From Dendrobates tinctorius (taxonomy: Eukaryota), in assembly GCF_039654945.1 (NCBI RefSeq), contig NW_027361824.1, positions 18,104,001 through 18,168,000 on the forward strand: DNA of 64,000 bases. Reading direction: 5' to 3'. The translations under genes were made by a program, and so were the position numbers. The notes below the pieces were generated by a model, which saw nothing but the letters and a program-made list of their open reading frames with translations, did no database searches and was not told where the DNA came from. Position 1 is the first letter of the stretch. Each line of letters begins with the position of its first letter. Shown piece by piece: positions 26,487 to 39,751 of the stretch.

Positions 26487-28227
26487 CTAGATGAAGAGCC
26501 CGAAGCTGCCCGGGTATAGTAACTAACTGAGGTTAGTTATAGCAAATTATAATTATCCTCCATCCCATAGTCCCGTGCCCATATACCCGTCACATATCCT
26601 CCATCCCATAGTCCCGTGCCCATATACCCATTACACATCCTCCATCCCATAGTCCCATGCCCATATACCCATCATACATATCCTCCATCCCATAGTCCAG
26701 TGCCCATATACCCATCATACATATCCTCCATCCCTTAGTCCAGTGCCCATATACCCATCATACATATCCTCCATCCCATAGTCCAGTGCCCATATACCCA
26801 TAATACATATCCTCCATCCCATAGTCCAGTGCCCATATACCCATCATACATATCCTCCATCCCTAGTCCCATGCCCATATACCCATCATACATATCCTCC
26901 AACCCATAGGCCCGTGCCCATATACCCATCATACATCCTCCATCCCATAGTCCCGTGCCCATATACCCATCACACATCCTCCATCCCATAGTCCCATGCC
27001 CATATACCCATCATACATATCCTCCAACCCATAGGCCCATGCCCATATACCCATTACACATCCGCCATCCCATAGTCCAGTGCCCATATACCCATCATAC
27101 ATATCCTCCATCCCATAGTCCCGTGCCCATATACCCATCATACATATCCTCCATCCCATAGTCCAGTGCCCATATACCCATCATACATATCCTCCATCCC
27201 TAGTCCCATGCCCATATACCCATCATACATATCCTCCAACCCATAGGCCCGTGCCCATATACCCATCATACATCCTCCATCCCATAGTCCCGTGCCCATA
27301 TACCCATCACACATCCTCCATCCCATAGTCCCATGCCCATATACCCATCATACATATCCTCCAACCCATAGGCCCATGCCCATATACCCATTACACATCC
27401 GCCATCCCATAGTCCAGTGCCCATATACCCATCATACATATCCTCCATCCCATAGTCCAGTGCCCATATACCCATCATACATATCCTCCATCCCATAGTC
27501 CAGTGCCCATATACCCATCATACATATTCTCCATCCCATAGTCCAGTGCCCATATACCCATCATACATATCCTCCATCCCATAGTCCAGTGCCCATATAC
27601 CCATCATACATATCCTCCATCCCATAGTCCAGTGCCCATATACCCATCATACATATCCTCCATCCCATAGTCCAGTGCCCATATACCCATCATACATCCT
27701 CCATCCCATAGTCCAGTGCCCATATACCCATCATACATATCCTCCATCCCATAGTCCAGTGCCCATATACCCATCATACATATCCTCCATCCCATAGTCC
27801 CGTGCCCATATACCCATCACACATCCTCCATCCCATAGGCCCGTGCCCATATACCCATCACACATCCTCCATCCCATAGTCCCGTGCCCATATACCCATC
27901 ACACATCCTCCATCCCATAGTCAACCATTATGACATCATAATGAGCGGCGGGGCTTGCAACCTATGATGACATCAGCGTCGCCATGGCAACCATTGTGAC
28001 ATCATAATGAGGGGCGGGGCTTGATACACACACTTTTTCCCCATTATGTAGATAGGGGCAAAATTGGAGAATTGGAACGCGCGGGGTTAAAATTTCGCCT
28101 CTTAACATAGCTTAGGACGCTCTCGGGGTCCAGACGTGTGACTGTGCCAAATTTTGTGGCTGTAGCTGCGACGGTGCGGATGCCAATCCCGGACATACAC
28201 ACATACGCTTGAGCTTTATATATTGGA
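26487..28227 (-). mobile_element. Non-autonomous Helitron carrying a minisatellite (ALG8 intron 12)
   Basis: On the minus strand: A|TC 5' start at 28227, hairpin CCCG-GGCAGCTT-CGGG (26514..26499) 8 nt before the terminal CTAG|T (26490..26487), no TSD. Confidence 0.88.
26555..27922. repeat. 41-43-bp minisatellite inside the Helitron, ~32 copies
   Basis: Unit CATATCCTCCATCCCATAGTCCAGTGCCCATATACCCATCATA, with a 337-bp higher-order duplication (ORF-track pair 26929/27266). Confidence 0.95.
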
Positions 28228-28449
28228 TAAAACTTTGATTCCGACAGAGGAAACCATCAACAAGTAGGGTTCGACAGCTGAAAGTAAAAGGGAAGACGAG
28301 AAGCGGACAGACAACTTTTGTATGACTTTTGTAGCCATGACTTGGTCCTTTTTCCTGACACAGCGCTGCCCTCAGGAGTTGCCGTAGTGTTTGCCGCGCT
28401 GGGTGACCACATTGGGATTGATACAGAGGCGCTGGTGAATTCTACTTAC

Positions 28450-28522
28450 CTGAACAAAGCCTTCAATGAACTGAAGCTGAACACGGTGAAAATGGCCATC
28501 AGCAAAAGTTTAATAGGCATCT
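28450..28522 (-). CDS. ALG8: ALG8 exon 12
   Basis: 73 nt, (E)MPIKLLLMAIFTVFSFSSLKALF, GTAAGT donor. Confidence 0.94.
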
Positions 28523-28818
28523 CTGGAAGGCACAGAAACATTGGGTTAATGGTCTGCACCCCATTTATCATCTTAGAGGTTCATCTGTTTTTAGTGCCAC
28601 CATTTGAATGCTGTGATCGGCGCTGACTGAGGCATATAAAGTGTTAAATGGCAGAGATCAGAGGTTCCGAAGCTCCAAAGCCCCAGGCTGCACTACTCAG
28701 ACCAGTAGGATGACAACCAATGACCCTCACGAATTTTTTAGAAAAGTTTATATCAAACTTTTTTCTTCTAAAAGGTTTTAAAAAGTTTGATATAGAATTT
28801 ATAGGACGATCACGTTAC

Positions 28819-28916
28819 CTTGAAGAGTAAAGAGAAGAGGAAATAATGAGAAGTGTCCCACAGTCGTTAGGATCAAATACATCCCAGCATCCTTTGCACT
28901 GCTGACTGCGAGTAAG
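28819..28916 (-). CDS. ALG8: ALG8 exon 11
   Basis: 98 nt, [32 protein letters not shown], polypyrimidine/CAG acceptor and GTAAC donor. Confidence 0.94.
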
Positions 28917-28986
28917 CTGAAAAAAAAAAGCAAAAAATGTCATAAAAGTAAAATATACACTGTATCCTATTGTGCTCCCCTCTCAC

Positions 28987-29126
28987 CTGAAAGGTAAAAT
29001 CGCCAGGAGGATTGCCTTCTCATGGACGTGCCACCCGAACATAAAGGAGCTGAGTGCGCAGAGGATCAGACAGCGCAGGAAACTTTGTGGTCCCTGGGGT
29101 CTAAACCACAGACACAAAACCGATGG
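28987..29126 (-). CDS. ALG8: ALG8 exon 10
   Basis: 140 nt, [46 protein letters not shown]. Confidence 0.97.
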
Positions 29127-29401
29127 CTGCAAAATAGAAAAAGGCAAAATCGATAAACCTGCAGTATCCAAACCAAGAAGGGAGGCTTTTTTTTTTATTT
29201 AAGGTGATGCGGTACCTCCAAGATATGTTATCACTTTATGATTGGTAGGGTTCTGACCTCTGTGACCCCCCCCCCAGATTCTGGGAATAAGCATTGCTTC
29301 CCCTTCTATTTTTTCTCTCCGGCAACCAGCCCCATTTACTTGATTGGATCAGTTCTGCAGTTCCCTTTCATGTACTGTTAGCCGACGGACATTGTGCACA
29401 G

Positions 29402-30105
29402 TGTAGTGCAGCGGTATCCACACTGAGCAGTGATGAGGCAGTGACCCAGCAAAGTTCCAAACAAAAGTCTCTTTAATTCTTACTCACAGCAAAACACAGC
29501 GCAAAACCACAGCACACTATATCCTCCGAATCGCAACCGGGAAACAAGACAGTCCACCTCCAGATCGCAGCCGGGCACAAGACAGCCCAGATTACAGTCA
29601 CTAAACACTCCATTCCACTACCATGATGTTGCCGTGGGCGACTGCACCGCCATGTACGCTGTGGGTGCAAGACCTTTCAGCTCCCTTGGCTGTTTGGCTT
29701 CACTTGCCTGTGTTGCCTCACACAGGTGGAGCTCTGCAGAGCCTTCTGCTCTGCACTCTTGAAAACACCAGACTGACACTGACACCCAAACCCTTTACTG
29801 CAGAGTTTTGAACAGATATCTATTGCCTTCAGCCACATGGAAAACCCGGGCTGGAAATGAAACAGACTACACCACTATCATCCCATAGTCTGTTTCAAAA
29901 AACAAAGGCCCAGCAGGTTTTCTTAAATCGGCCTTGGGCAAATAGTATGCCCAAGCCTAACACTTACTTTTTTTTTTTAATTCCACACTGCAATCACGGC
30001 TACACCTGTGACTGCAATGCACTCCCAAGGCGTTAATACGCCTCCGTGCAAAACCTGGGGGAATGTACAGTGACCCCTACATGTGACACCGGTCACTGCC
30101 TCACA
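29402..30105 (-). mobile_element. Solo LTR (704 bp) nested in a degenerate MITE, ALG8 intron 9
   Basis: TG...CA ends, 4-bp TSD ACAG (29398-29401; 30106-30109), reverse-complement homolog of 38719-39480. Confidence 0.88.
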
Positions 30106-30350
30106 ACAGGTAAAACAGAGAGGAAGACGTAGCAGTACCCCAAGGCTGTAGACCACTCATTGTCAGGATCGGACCCCGCTTACCATAAAACGATGGCATA
30201 TCCTAGCTATATATCATCACTGTATACAATGGGAATGGCCCAAATAAACCTTCATTGTTTTATAAAAAATTAAAAGAAGTTCTAAAACTTTTTAATATAC
30301 CTTACTTTAATCCTTCACCATCTATGAGACTAGGAACCAGGCAGACTTAA

Positions 30351-30653
30351 AGGGATTTTCTCATCGTCAAAGATTGATATTTTTCAGCTAGAGCTTGTAA
30401 AAACAAGGACTTTTGCAATTTGAGGCTAATTAAAATTTGCAGCCGTCCTTGAGACATTAATACTTTTCTTTTGTTTACAGTTCGTTGCCTAGGAGACCGA
30501 CCACTGCTGTGAGATGTCAACAAAAAGGAAAAAAAAAAAATGTTAATATTTCAAGAACGGATAGAAATTTTAATGAGCAGTAAATTAAAAATTGGTTTGT
30601 ATTTGCTAGCACTATCCGAAAATATCCATTGATGACGATGGAAGTGTAACCCT
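30351..30653. mobile_element. Kolobok/T2-type foldback MITE
   Basis: TTAA|AGGGATTTTCTCATCGTCAA...TTGATGACGATGGAAGTGTAACCCT|TTAA with imperfect internal symmetry. Confidence 0.75.
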
Positions 30654-30757
30654 TTAATAAACCTCACGGCTCATTGCTTAATATTTCTGGATTCATGGAT
30701 TCCGCACGTAAACATTTTAACAACCGATCAGGAGAGAGATTTGTGCTTCTGCAGTAC

Positions 30758-30897
30758 CAGTATAGATATAAGTGTAAGTATTAAAGTCGTCAATGGTGTG
30801 ATAGACGGAAGGACGCTGTGCTCAAACTCCTGAACCAGACCCCTGGTCATCGATCCCGTGCGGACTGAAGACGGGCTCAGCAGCTGCATCTTAATGC
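30758..30897 (-). CDS. ALG8: ALG8 exon 9
   Basis: 140 nt, (G)IKMQLLSPSSVRTGSMTRGLVQEFEHSVLPSITPLTTLILTLISIL. Donor GTACTG is weak. Confidence 0.93.
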
Positions 30898-31587
30898 CTG
30901 AAATTACAAGAAAGAGACTAAAACAATGAAAAACAAGGTCTCCTAAAAGTCTGCCATCTTTTAAGAAACAGCGCTACACCTGTATATAGGGTGCATGCAG
31001 ATGAGCTGCAATACCAGTTGCAACCTGTTGACAGATGTGGCGCTGTTTCTGCAATAAGCAGACGTGTTTTTTTGTAATTCTGCAGCCCCATTTTTTTTTT
31101 TTCTTGCCGCACAGGTACAAATCAGAAAACTATGGCCACTTCATATTCAGCAATAGGCAGGTGCTGGAAGTATGACTACAGCTTGCTGTTTAACCACTTA
31201 AATGCTGCTCTCAATTTATGCTAGCAACATTTATACATGGTGAGATATTGGGCAAGGGTTTGTTCTGACGACCACAGGCCACCCTGCAACACGATCGTGA
31301 GGGGCCCATGGCGGATACTAAAGCAAAGCTTAATATATATGTGATCCTACGATTTCAGGTTCACGTTCCCTAAGACGACTCAAAAATAAATCAATCGGAT
31401 GGCGTCCAAGCGTGGTCCGATTTTCACAGACTTTTGTACGAGAAAAATCGGACGTCTGAATGAGGCCTAAGAGTTTGATCTCTGGCAGGGAGCACTGGTT
31501 GAAAATCCCGCAACTTTTCTGATAAAATCTTTAATATTCGGAGGACTCCAGGACCCGATGATGACGAGTGTGGTTTATTACAATTAC

Positions 31588-31708
31588 CGATAACAGACAG
31601 CGCTTTGTCGGCGCCATTGTACAACGCCCAGAAGTTTGGAGCCCAGTACGCGTGGCAGAGGCCTCTCTTAAAAGGGAAAAGGCGAGAAAGGACTTGAGGA
31701 AGCTGACC
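31588..31708 (-). CDS. ALG8: ALG8 exon 8
   Basis: 121 nt, [40 protein letters not shown], containing the ALG6/ALG8 family motif RLFPF.RGL. Confidence 0.97.
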
Positions 31709-31899
31709 CTATAAAAGACAAAAAAAAATATATATATATATCAGATTCATGGCTGCCGCTGATATATTCATCATCAATAGTTACTCTGGTCAAATCAAAC
31801 AGAGGGCTTTAATTGTACAAAGGTAACACTTCCTGTCAGTTGGCTGATGGACCTCCTGGTAAAGAGCAGATATCAGCAATCAGGGGCTATCCTTTCATT

Positions 31900-33610
31900 T
31901 AAAGGGGATGTCCCCTTTCAGAAAAAGTTTTCCTAGAAGATCTTTTAGTAGTAAAAAACAAAGCATAAAGCAAACAACTGTGCCTTACTCACCCTCCCCA
32001 TGTCCAGCGCTGGAACTGCGGTATCTGTTGTTGTCTGCAGTGCTGATATCACGTCGACAGCACTGCAACCAATCTGTGAGCTCAGCGGTGCCAAGTGCTC
32101 TCTATAGCTCATTGATTGGCTGCAGCGCTATCAACATGTCAGCACACAATAAGGCCCCCTTCACATGTCAGTCACACGTACCGGTGACGCTTACACACGT
32201 AGACCCATTCAAATCAATAGTTATGCACATGTCATTATGTTTCAACGGACCGTGTGCAAAACACGTAGACATGTCCGTTTTTTGCTAGCAGCGCAGTCCG
32301 CAACACTTCCCGGAGTCTGGGATAATCTTTACAGTTAGCGCTGTTCCCAGGCGCCGGATGCTAAATGCACCTCTCATAATTGTCGCGATCAGCGAGACCA
32401 GGCGATACTGATGACAGTTGTAGTCAGCACCCGTCATTGTTCAGCGTGCATTAAATAATTAAAAATAACGAAAACAGTGTGGGGCCCCGTTAATTTTCCT
32501 AACCAGCTGAGGGAAAGCTGACGGCTGATGTTATTATTCTGGGAAGGGGCCAATAGCCACAAAGATCGCCAAGCATCATAATAACCGCTCACAGCTGCAA
32601 ATTTCTCACGCTGCGAGCAGTTATGTCAGTAAAGTTAAAGCAGTTCACAGGCTGGCTCACAGAGAGCTTACAGTGGGAACCGCTGCCTGTGACCTGCGGC
32701 AAGCTTAATTATGTCACCGCTCGTCACTGCAGCAGAGTTCTCACGCTAAGCTCAGTGTGTTCCAGCTGGCGTGGTGAGAGGTCACATTACTGATGTCAAC
32801 GCTCACCACACCATCCGGATGTAGCGGAGTTTGTGACCTAATCATTATGGATTAACAGAGGACAGGTGAAGATTACTTTGATTTTTTTATTGTTAGGGTT
32901 GTGATTTGTACAATTAAAAGACTTTTCTGTGTGTGTCTATATTCATTTTGACTACGGGGTTAGTAATGGGGGTGTCAGACTCCTCCCCATTACTAACGCC
33001 TGTGCTTGATGTCATCTGACATTACACAGCTGACATCAACCCCAAAACCATTACCCCAGTTGCAAACGCACCAGGGCAATTGGGAAGAGCCGAGGCTAAG
33101 CGCCAGAATTGGCACATCTAATGGATGCGCCATTTCTGGGATGGCTGAGGGCTGGTGTTCTTACTCTGGTAGGGGGCTAATATCAATGGCCCTTCCCTGC
33201 CTATTCATATCAGCCCGCAGCTGTCTGTTTATCCTTTGCTGGTTAGTAAAATTAGGGGGACCTCCACGTCATTTTTTTTTTTGGGGGGGGTCTCTATTTT
33301 TACTAACCAGTAAAGGCTACGCAGACAGCTGTGAACTGTTATTAATAGACTGGGAACCTTCATGGCTATTGGCCTTTTCCCAGAAGAACAAAAGCCCCCA
33401 ACTGTTGGCTTTGCCTCAGCTAGTTAGGAAAATAATGGGGACTTCATGATGTTTATTTTTGTTTATATTTATTTATATATTTAATGCGCGCTATACACAG
33501 ATAGCGGGTGCTGACTACAACTGTCGAGTTGTTGTTTTTTTTGTTTGTTTTTTAAGTACTAATAGACCTTCTAGCTAAAACTTGTCTGAAACGGGACAAT
33601 ACCTTTAAGA
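31900..33610. mobile_element. Nested degenerate DNA-transposon fragments in ALG8 intron 7
   Basis: TTAAAGGGG start (~31899) and ...CCTTTAA end (~33605), Harbinger-like TAAGGCCCCCTTCACA at ~32150, and 33340-33450 similar to 7270-7380. Family assignment tentative. Confidence 0.5.
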
Positions 33611-35130
33611 AAAGAATGAGCAGCATCAGATTTGTGATTTTTTTTAAAAAAAGAAACACTTATTACTAAAAGCAGTCAGAATGGTCCCAAATGTCCTTCC
33701 TAAACGATCCTACTTTCTAGGAAAAGTCAAATCCGAACCTCTGTATTATAGGATCCCAAAATGCAGAGCGGGACCCCACATTCCTCCTTGCTCTAAAAGC
33801 ACAATTTCAGGACGAGTTGTAGTTTCTAATGCCACCACACACTTAACCATATAATGTACTGAAAAACAGGGGGAAAAAATTACAAGTGAGATAAAATAGT
33901 AAAAAAAATAAAATTTAATTCTGCCATTGTTTTTTGGGGTTCAAAAATTTGAGGTTTTCAAATAAAAATTAGTTTAATCTGGGGGGGGGGGGGGGAGACA
34001 AGCTCTGAATTCAATGGGAAAAAATACGGCTCTCCGAATATTGTAAAAAAAAAATGTTTTGTTTTTTTTAAAGTGATTTTTATGAGTTAAAATAGTAAAA
34101 TGTATAAAATAAAGCCAAACAAAAACCCAAACTGTAAATTAGTATCACAGTAATTGTTCTTACCTGTACAATAAAATGATAATTAATCCTGCTGGAAAAT
34201 AAGGGTGAGCAGTTGAAGAAATTTCTGTCTTTTTATTCATCCTTTTTACGAAAAAAAATGATTAAAAAATATGTTTTGTTTTTTTTTTTTTTAATTTTAT
34301 TGTTTGCTGATATCCCGGGAATATGTAAAGAAAAAAAAAATAGAAATTATATTTTTTACAACTATAAAGGACCGCTAACAAATATTTTAATGTAATTCTC
34401 CTTGGCATAGAAATTAATTATACACATTGGACATATTGTCCTTTTTACGACAGTGGGGCTTTTTTTTTTTAGATTATTTTTTTGCTTTTTTTTTTTTTAG
34501 TTTATTTTTATTTTTTTGCTTTTTTTATTTATTTATTTTTTTTTTTTTTACTGTGACCCCATTTTATCATAAGAACACATTCTTTTTATTGCGGATTTCT
34601 TCTGTAACTGGGGTTGATATATTTGCCCCAGTCACAGGAGAAATTCAGACTCCTGCATACATAGTAGAGCTGAATGAGTCTAGGCCCCTGCATCTTCTGC
34701 TCTCTCTGCACCCATTAATCACATGATGAATTTGGTACGGTCGTTCTTTTATTGAGATATTGACTAAAATTAATGATGCACCTTTTTTTTTCCTTTTTAA
34801 ATCTAAAATTGCTGTTTGTTTTTTGTTGTTCGTGCCAAGTCCTAAAAAGTCTAATAAAAAGTGATCAAAAAGTCAAATGTACCAAAAAAAAAAAAAAAAA
34901 AAAAAAAAAAAGCGCCATCATACAGCTCTTGGAGCAAGTTACTGACCAAACATTTTTTTTTTTTTTTCTTTCTTTTCCCATCAAAGCCACATTAGATTTG
35001 GTAAAATTCCTTTAATCTGGAAATTATGTGACAGGTGCCAGATCATAAATTATTCTGGATGATCAGATTTACTGCATACATTCCAACCACAATCATAGAA
35101 TTTGCATGCACATTGGTGAATAAAACATAC

Positions 35131-35234
35131 CAAGTATATAAAGGGTCCAAACGAAACCGCGAAAACCAGCAGAACAATGACGGCCAAAGCGAGGAAGCGC
35201 AAAAGACCGAAACTTCTCCATCGTACGGAGCCGT
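35131..35234 (-). CDS. ALG8: ALG8 exon 7
   Basis: 104 nt, (D)GSVRWRSFGLLRFLALAVIVLLVFAVSFGPFIYL. Confidence 0.95.
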
Positions 35235-35314
35235 CTGTGGAGCAAGACAGGAGGAGAGACTGAGCCGTAATCATGGAGATCAGCTAGAATAATAGTGGTC
35301 GTGCCTTCACTAAC

Positions 35315-35441
35315 CTGGATTATTCACCGTAAAGCAGTAAGAGCGTAATAAGTAGACGCCGTACGCCGGGGCGATGTACAGGTAGATGTGTTTAAAGTTT
35401 AGTAGGACAGCGAAGAGGAGTGCGCTCTCCAGGTGTCTCTT
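35315..35441 (-). CDS. ALG8: ALG8 exon 6
   Basis: 127 nt, [42 protein letters not shown]. Confidence 0.96.
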
Positions 35442-36442
35442 CTGCCAAAAGAAAAATGTCAATTTATTATTTTGGCATCTTTTTTCTATTTTGGAACAGA
35501 GTTTAACCTCTTAAAGAGGGGGGGGTCTTCATTCTTGACAATGGGTCCCCCAATAATAAGTGAATCACTTGATGTCCCAGTGCTGACACTCCCAATGACC
35601 AGCTGGGAACCTGGCATTAAGCCTATACATAATTTCACAGCAGTGCTAATAGGACAGAGCAAAAAAAAAAAAAAAAAAACAGACACAGAGATAATGCTGC
35701 TTTTTGGTAGGTGTCTATCTCTTTTCCAGTGCAGAATTCACAGTTACACTGCACAGTACTGATGATGCTAAAGTTGATGTTTTTTTGGATAATTTTTTGG
35801 GTTTGTTTTTTTCAGATTTAGTAACAAGAAGATTTGATCCCAGTAATACAATATAATGCAGTGAAGTGCTCAGATGTGAATACACTAATAGGGAAATTTA
35901 TTAAGGCTGGTGTGGAGCATGCTAGGAGTACAGTTCCTGATTCATTAAGCATCTTAGTGATTTAGGCTCGTCTGTTACCTAGCATGCGCCACTGCCAGAA
36001 TTGTGCACTGACGTACATTTCTTCAGTAAGTTACGTGGTGTAACTTATGATGAATTTGACGGTTGAACGAGCATGAACCCATCCAGTCCGTGCCATATTG
36101 GTTGAGACTGGGGTGTAAAAACATCCAAGTTGCGCAAAAATATTGCAACATATTAAGGTGTTTATGCCAGATTTCTGGTGTAAATACCTTAATGAATGGC
36201 CTTCTCATTATGTATCTCACACCAGAGCAGGAATCACAGCTACACTGCACAGTTATTATGTATGCATTACTCAATGCTGCTTTTTTCTAGTACTTTTCTT
36301 TATATCACCCTAGATCTGAATTCTCAGCTACACTGCTCAGTATTGCTGTATAATGTCCTCCATGATGTTGCTGCTTCTGAAGATGTGCTATATAGAGACA
36401 GAAGAGCAGGAATCCATCATATATCACCGCCATAACATTTAC

Positions 36443-36510
36443 CTGAAACATGCGAGCGATGGACAGCAGCATGATCCCGGAGAGAAATCCGTTATATTGG
36501 AAGTGGATAT
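36443..36510 (-). CDS. ALG8: ALG8 exon 5
   Basis: 68 nt, (H)IHFQYNGFLSGIMLLSIARMFQ, TAG acceptor and GTAAAT donor. Confidence 0.95.
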
Positions 36511-38718
36511 CTAACAAAGTATTCAGGACAAGAATCACCAAATGGTAATGACCTTAACTCCTTCCTGCCACGGCCAATGTCATTTTTGCGCTTTCTTAAA
36601 AGACTCAACTTCTTTATTTTTATGTCCACGTTGCCGTATCAGGGCTTGTTTTTGGTAGGGGAAGAGTTGTAGTCTTGAATGACACAATTCACTTCACCAT
36701 ATAATGTACTGCAAAACAGGGAAAAAATGCCGAATGCAGTGAAAAATTAAACACGTAATTCAGCCTGAACTGGCAGCATGATTCTTCAGGTAAGTGTGAT
36801 TGCTGCAATACAAAGTATATATATTTATGTAGTGGAAAAGAGCTTTTTAAAGGATAAAAAGGGGGGGGGGTGTCTCTATTTTCCAAGTACTGTATTTTTT
36901 ATTTTTCTGTCAATGGACTTGTACACGATCTTGTTTTTTTCATCTTGACTAGGTAATGACACCGGAAAGAAGGACCTAGACTAGGTAATGACACCGGAAA
37001 GAAGGACCTAGACTAGGTAAAGACACTGGAAAGAAGACCTAGACTAGGTAAAGACACTGGAAAGAAGACCGAGACTAGGTAAAGACACTGGAAAGAAGAC
37101 CTAGACTAGGTAAAGACACTGGAAAGAAGACCTAGACTAGGTAAAGACACTGGAAAGAAGACCTAGACTAGGTAAAGACACTGGAAAGAAGACCTAGACT
37201 AGGTAAAGACACCGGAAAGAAGGACCTAGACTAGGTAATGACACCGGAAAGAAGACCTAGACTAGGTAAAGACACCGGAAAGAAGGACCTAGACTAGGTA
37301 AAGACACTGGAAAGAAGGACCTAGACTAGGTAAAGACACTGGAAAGAAGGACCTAGACTAGGTAATGACACTGGAAAGAAGACCTAGACTAGGTAAAGAC
37401 ACCGGAAAGAAGGACCTAGACTAGGTAAAGACACCGGAAAGAAGACCTAGACTAGGTAATGGCACTGGAAAGAAGGACCTAGACTAGGTAAAGACACCGG
37501 AAAGAAGACCTAGACTAGGTAAAGACATCAGAAAGAAGGATCTAGACTAGGTAAAGACACCGGAAAGAAGGACCTAGACTAGGTAATGACACGGGAAAGA
37601 AGACCTAGACTAGGTAATGACACGGGAAAGAAGACCTAGACTAGGTAAAGACACTGGAAAGAAGGACCTAGACTAGGTAAAGACACCGGAAAGAAGACCT
37701 AGACTAGGTAATGACACGGGAAAGAAGACCTAGACTAGGTAAAGACATCGGAAAGAAGGATCTAGACTAGGTAAAGACACCGGAAAGAAGACCTAGACTA
37801 GGTAATGACACCGGAATGAAGGACCTAGACTAGGTAATGACACCGGAATGAAGGACCTAGACTAGGTAATGACACCGGAAAGAAGACCTAGACTAGGTAA
37901 TGACAGCGGAAAGAAGGACCTAGACTAGGTAATGACACCGGAAAGAAGGACCTAGACTAGGTAAAGACACCGGAAAGAAGACCTAGACTAGGTAATGACA
38001 CCGGAAAGAAGACCTAGACTAGGTAATGACACCGGAATGAAGGACCTAGACTAGGTAATGACACCGGAAAGAAGACCTAGACTAGGTAAAGACATCGGAA
38101 AGAAGACCTAGACTAGGTAATGACACCGGAAAGAAGACCTAGACTAGGTAATGACACCGGAATGAAGGACCTAGACTAGGTAATGACACCGGAAAGAAGA
38201 CCTAGACTAGGTAATGACACCGGAATGAAGGACCTAGACTAGGTAATGACACCGGAAAGAAGACCTAGACTAGGTAATGACACTGGAAAGAAGACCTAGA
38301 CTAGGTAAAGACATCGGAAAGAAGGATCTAGACTAGGTAAAGACACCGGAAAGAAGGACCTAGACTAGGTAATGACACGGGAAAGAAGACCTAGACTAGG
38401 TAAAGACACCGGAAAGAAGACCTAGACTAGGTAATGACACGGGAAAGAAGACCTAGACTAGGTAAAGACACTGGAAAGAAGACCTAGACTAGGTAATGAC
38501 ACTGGAAAGAAGGACCTAGACTAGGTAAAGACACTGGAAAGAAGACCTAGACTACTAGGTAATGACACTGGAAAGAAGGACCTAGACTAGGTAAAGAAAC
38601 TGGAAAGAAGACCTAGACTACTAGGTAATGACACTGGAAAGAAGGACCTAGACTAGGTAAAGACACCGGAAAGAAAACCTAGACTAGGTAAAGACATCAG
38701 AAAGAAAACCTAGACTAG

Positions 38719-39480
38719 TGTGAAGCAGTGACCCGTTACAGTTAGGGGGCGCTGTGTGTTCTCCCCAGGATACGCACGGAGGCGTATTGAGGCTATGGGA
38801 ATGCATTGCGGTCACAGGCGTAGCTGGGATTGCAACAGTGAAGCAGTGACCAATGTCATAGGTAGGGGTCACTGTGTAGTCTCCTCAGGATATGCACGGG
38901 GGTGTATGAAGGCCATAGGTGTGCATGGCAGTCACGGGCATAGCTGTGACTGCAATGCAGACTGATAATTAAAGTAAGTGTTAGTCTTGGACATGTTAGT
39001 GTCCAAGACAGAGGTACGGAAAACCTGCTCTGGATGTTGGGTTTGAAACACACTGCAGTATGATAGTGTTACCGTCTGTTCCATTCGGACCCAGGTTTTC
39101 CATGTGGCTGAAAGGTTTCTGTGATAAAAGCCCTGCAGGAAAGGGTTAGTCAGATCTGAGGAGTTCTGAATGAGCCCGGCTGCGATCCGGAGGATATCCT
39201 GGACTGTGAGTAAAGACTGTGATACAAGCGGTGCAGGACACCCCCAAGAACTAGTCAGAGGAGGACTAGCGTGTGTAGTGACTGCACTCTAAAGGATGCT
39301 GTGTACGATAGAGTGCTATGAACTGGTGTGAACTGAACACGGATAATATGCACTGAAGTTATATGCAATTGTGTGAATTTGTACTTTTATGTGTGAAGAC
39401 AACACATTAAAAAGACCTTTGTGTTTGAATTTTGTGGGTCACTGCCTCTTCACTGCGTACGGTGTTACCGCTGCCTTACA
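38719..39480 (+). mobile_element. Solo LTR (762 bp)
   Basis: TGTGAAGCAG...CTGCCTTACA ends, TSD CTAG (38715-18; 39481-84), ATTAAA near 39407, diverged ~120-bp tandem duplication at its 5' end. Confidence 0.9.
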
Positions 39481-39751
39481 CTAGGTAATGACACCGGAAA
39501 GAAGACCTTGACTAGATAAAGACACCGGAAAGAAGATCTAGACTAGGTAAAGACACCGAAAGGAAGTCCTAGACTAGGTAAAGACACCGGAAAGAAGAGC
39601 TAGACTAGGTAATGACATCGAAAATAAGATCCAGACTAGGTAAGGACACAATAGAGAAGAATTAGACTAGGTAAGGACACCGGAGACTATACCTAGACTA
39701 GGCAATGACACCAGAAAGAAGATCCAGAGTAGGTAAGGACACAATAGAGAA

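Noticed and set aside
36552-36558. CCTTAAC matching the U12 branch-point consensus near the intron end
   Set aside because: It is on the plus strand, opposite to ALG8, and is created by the transposon's TTAA target site.
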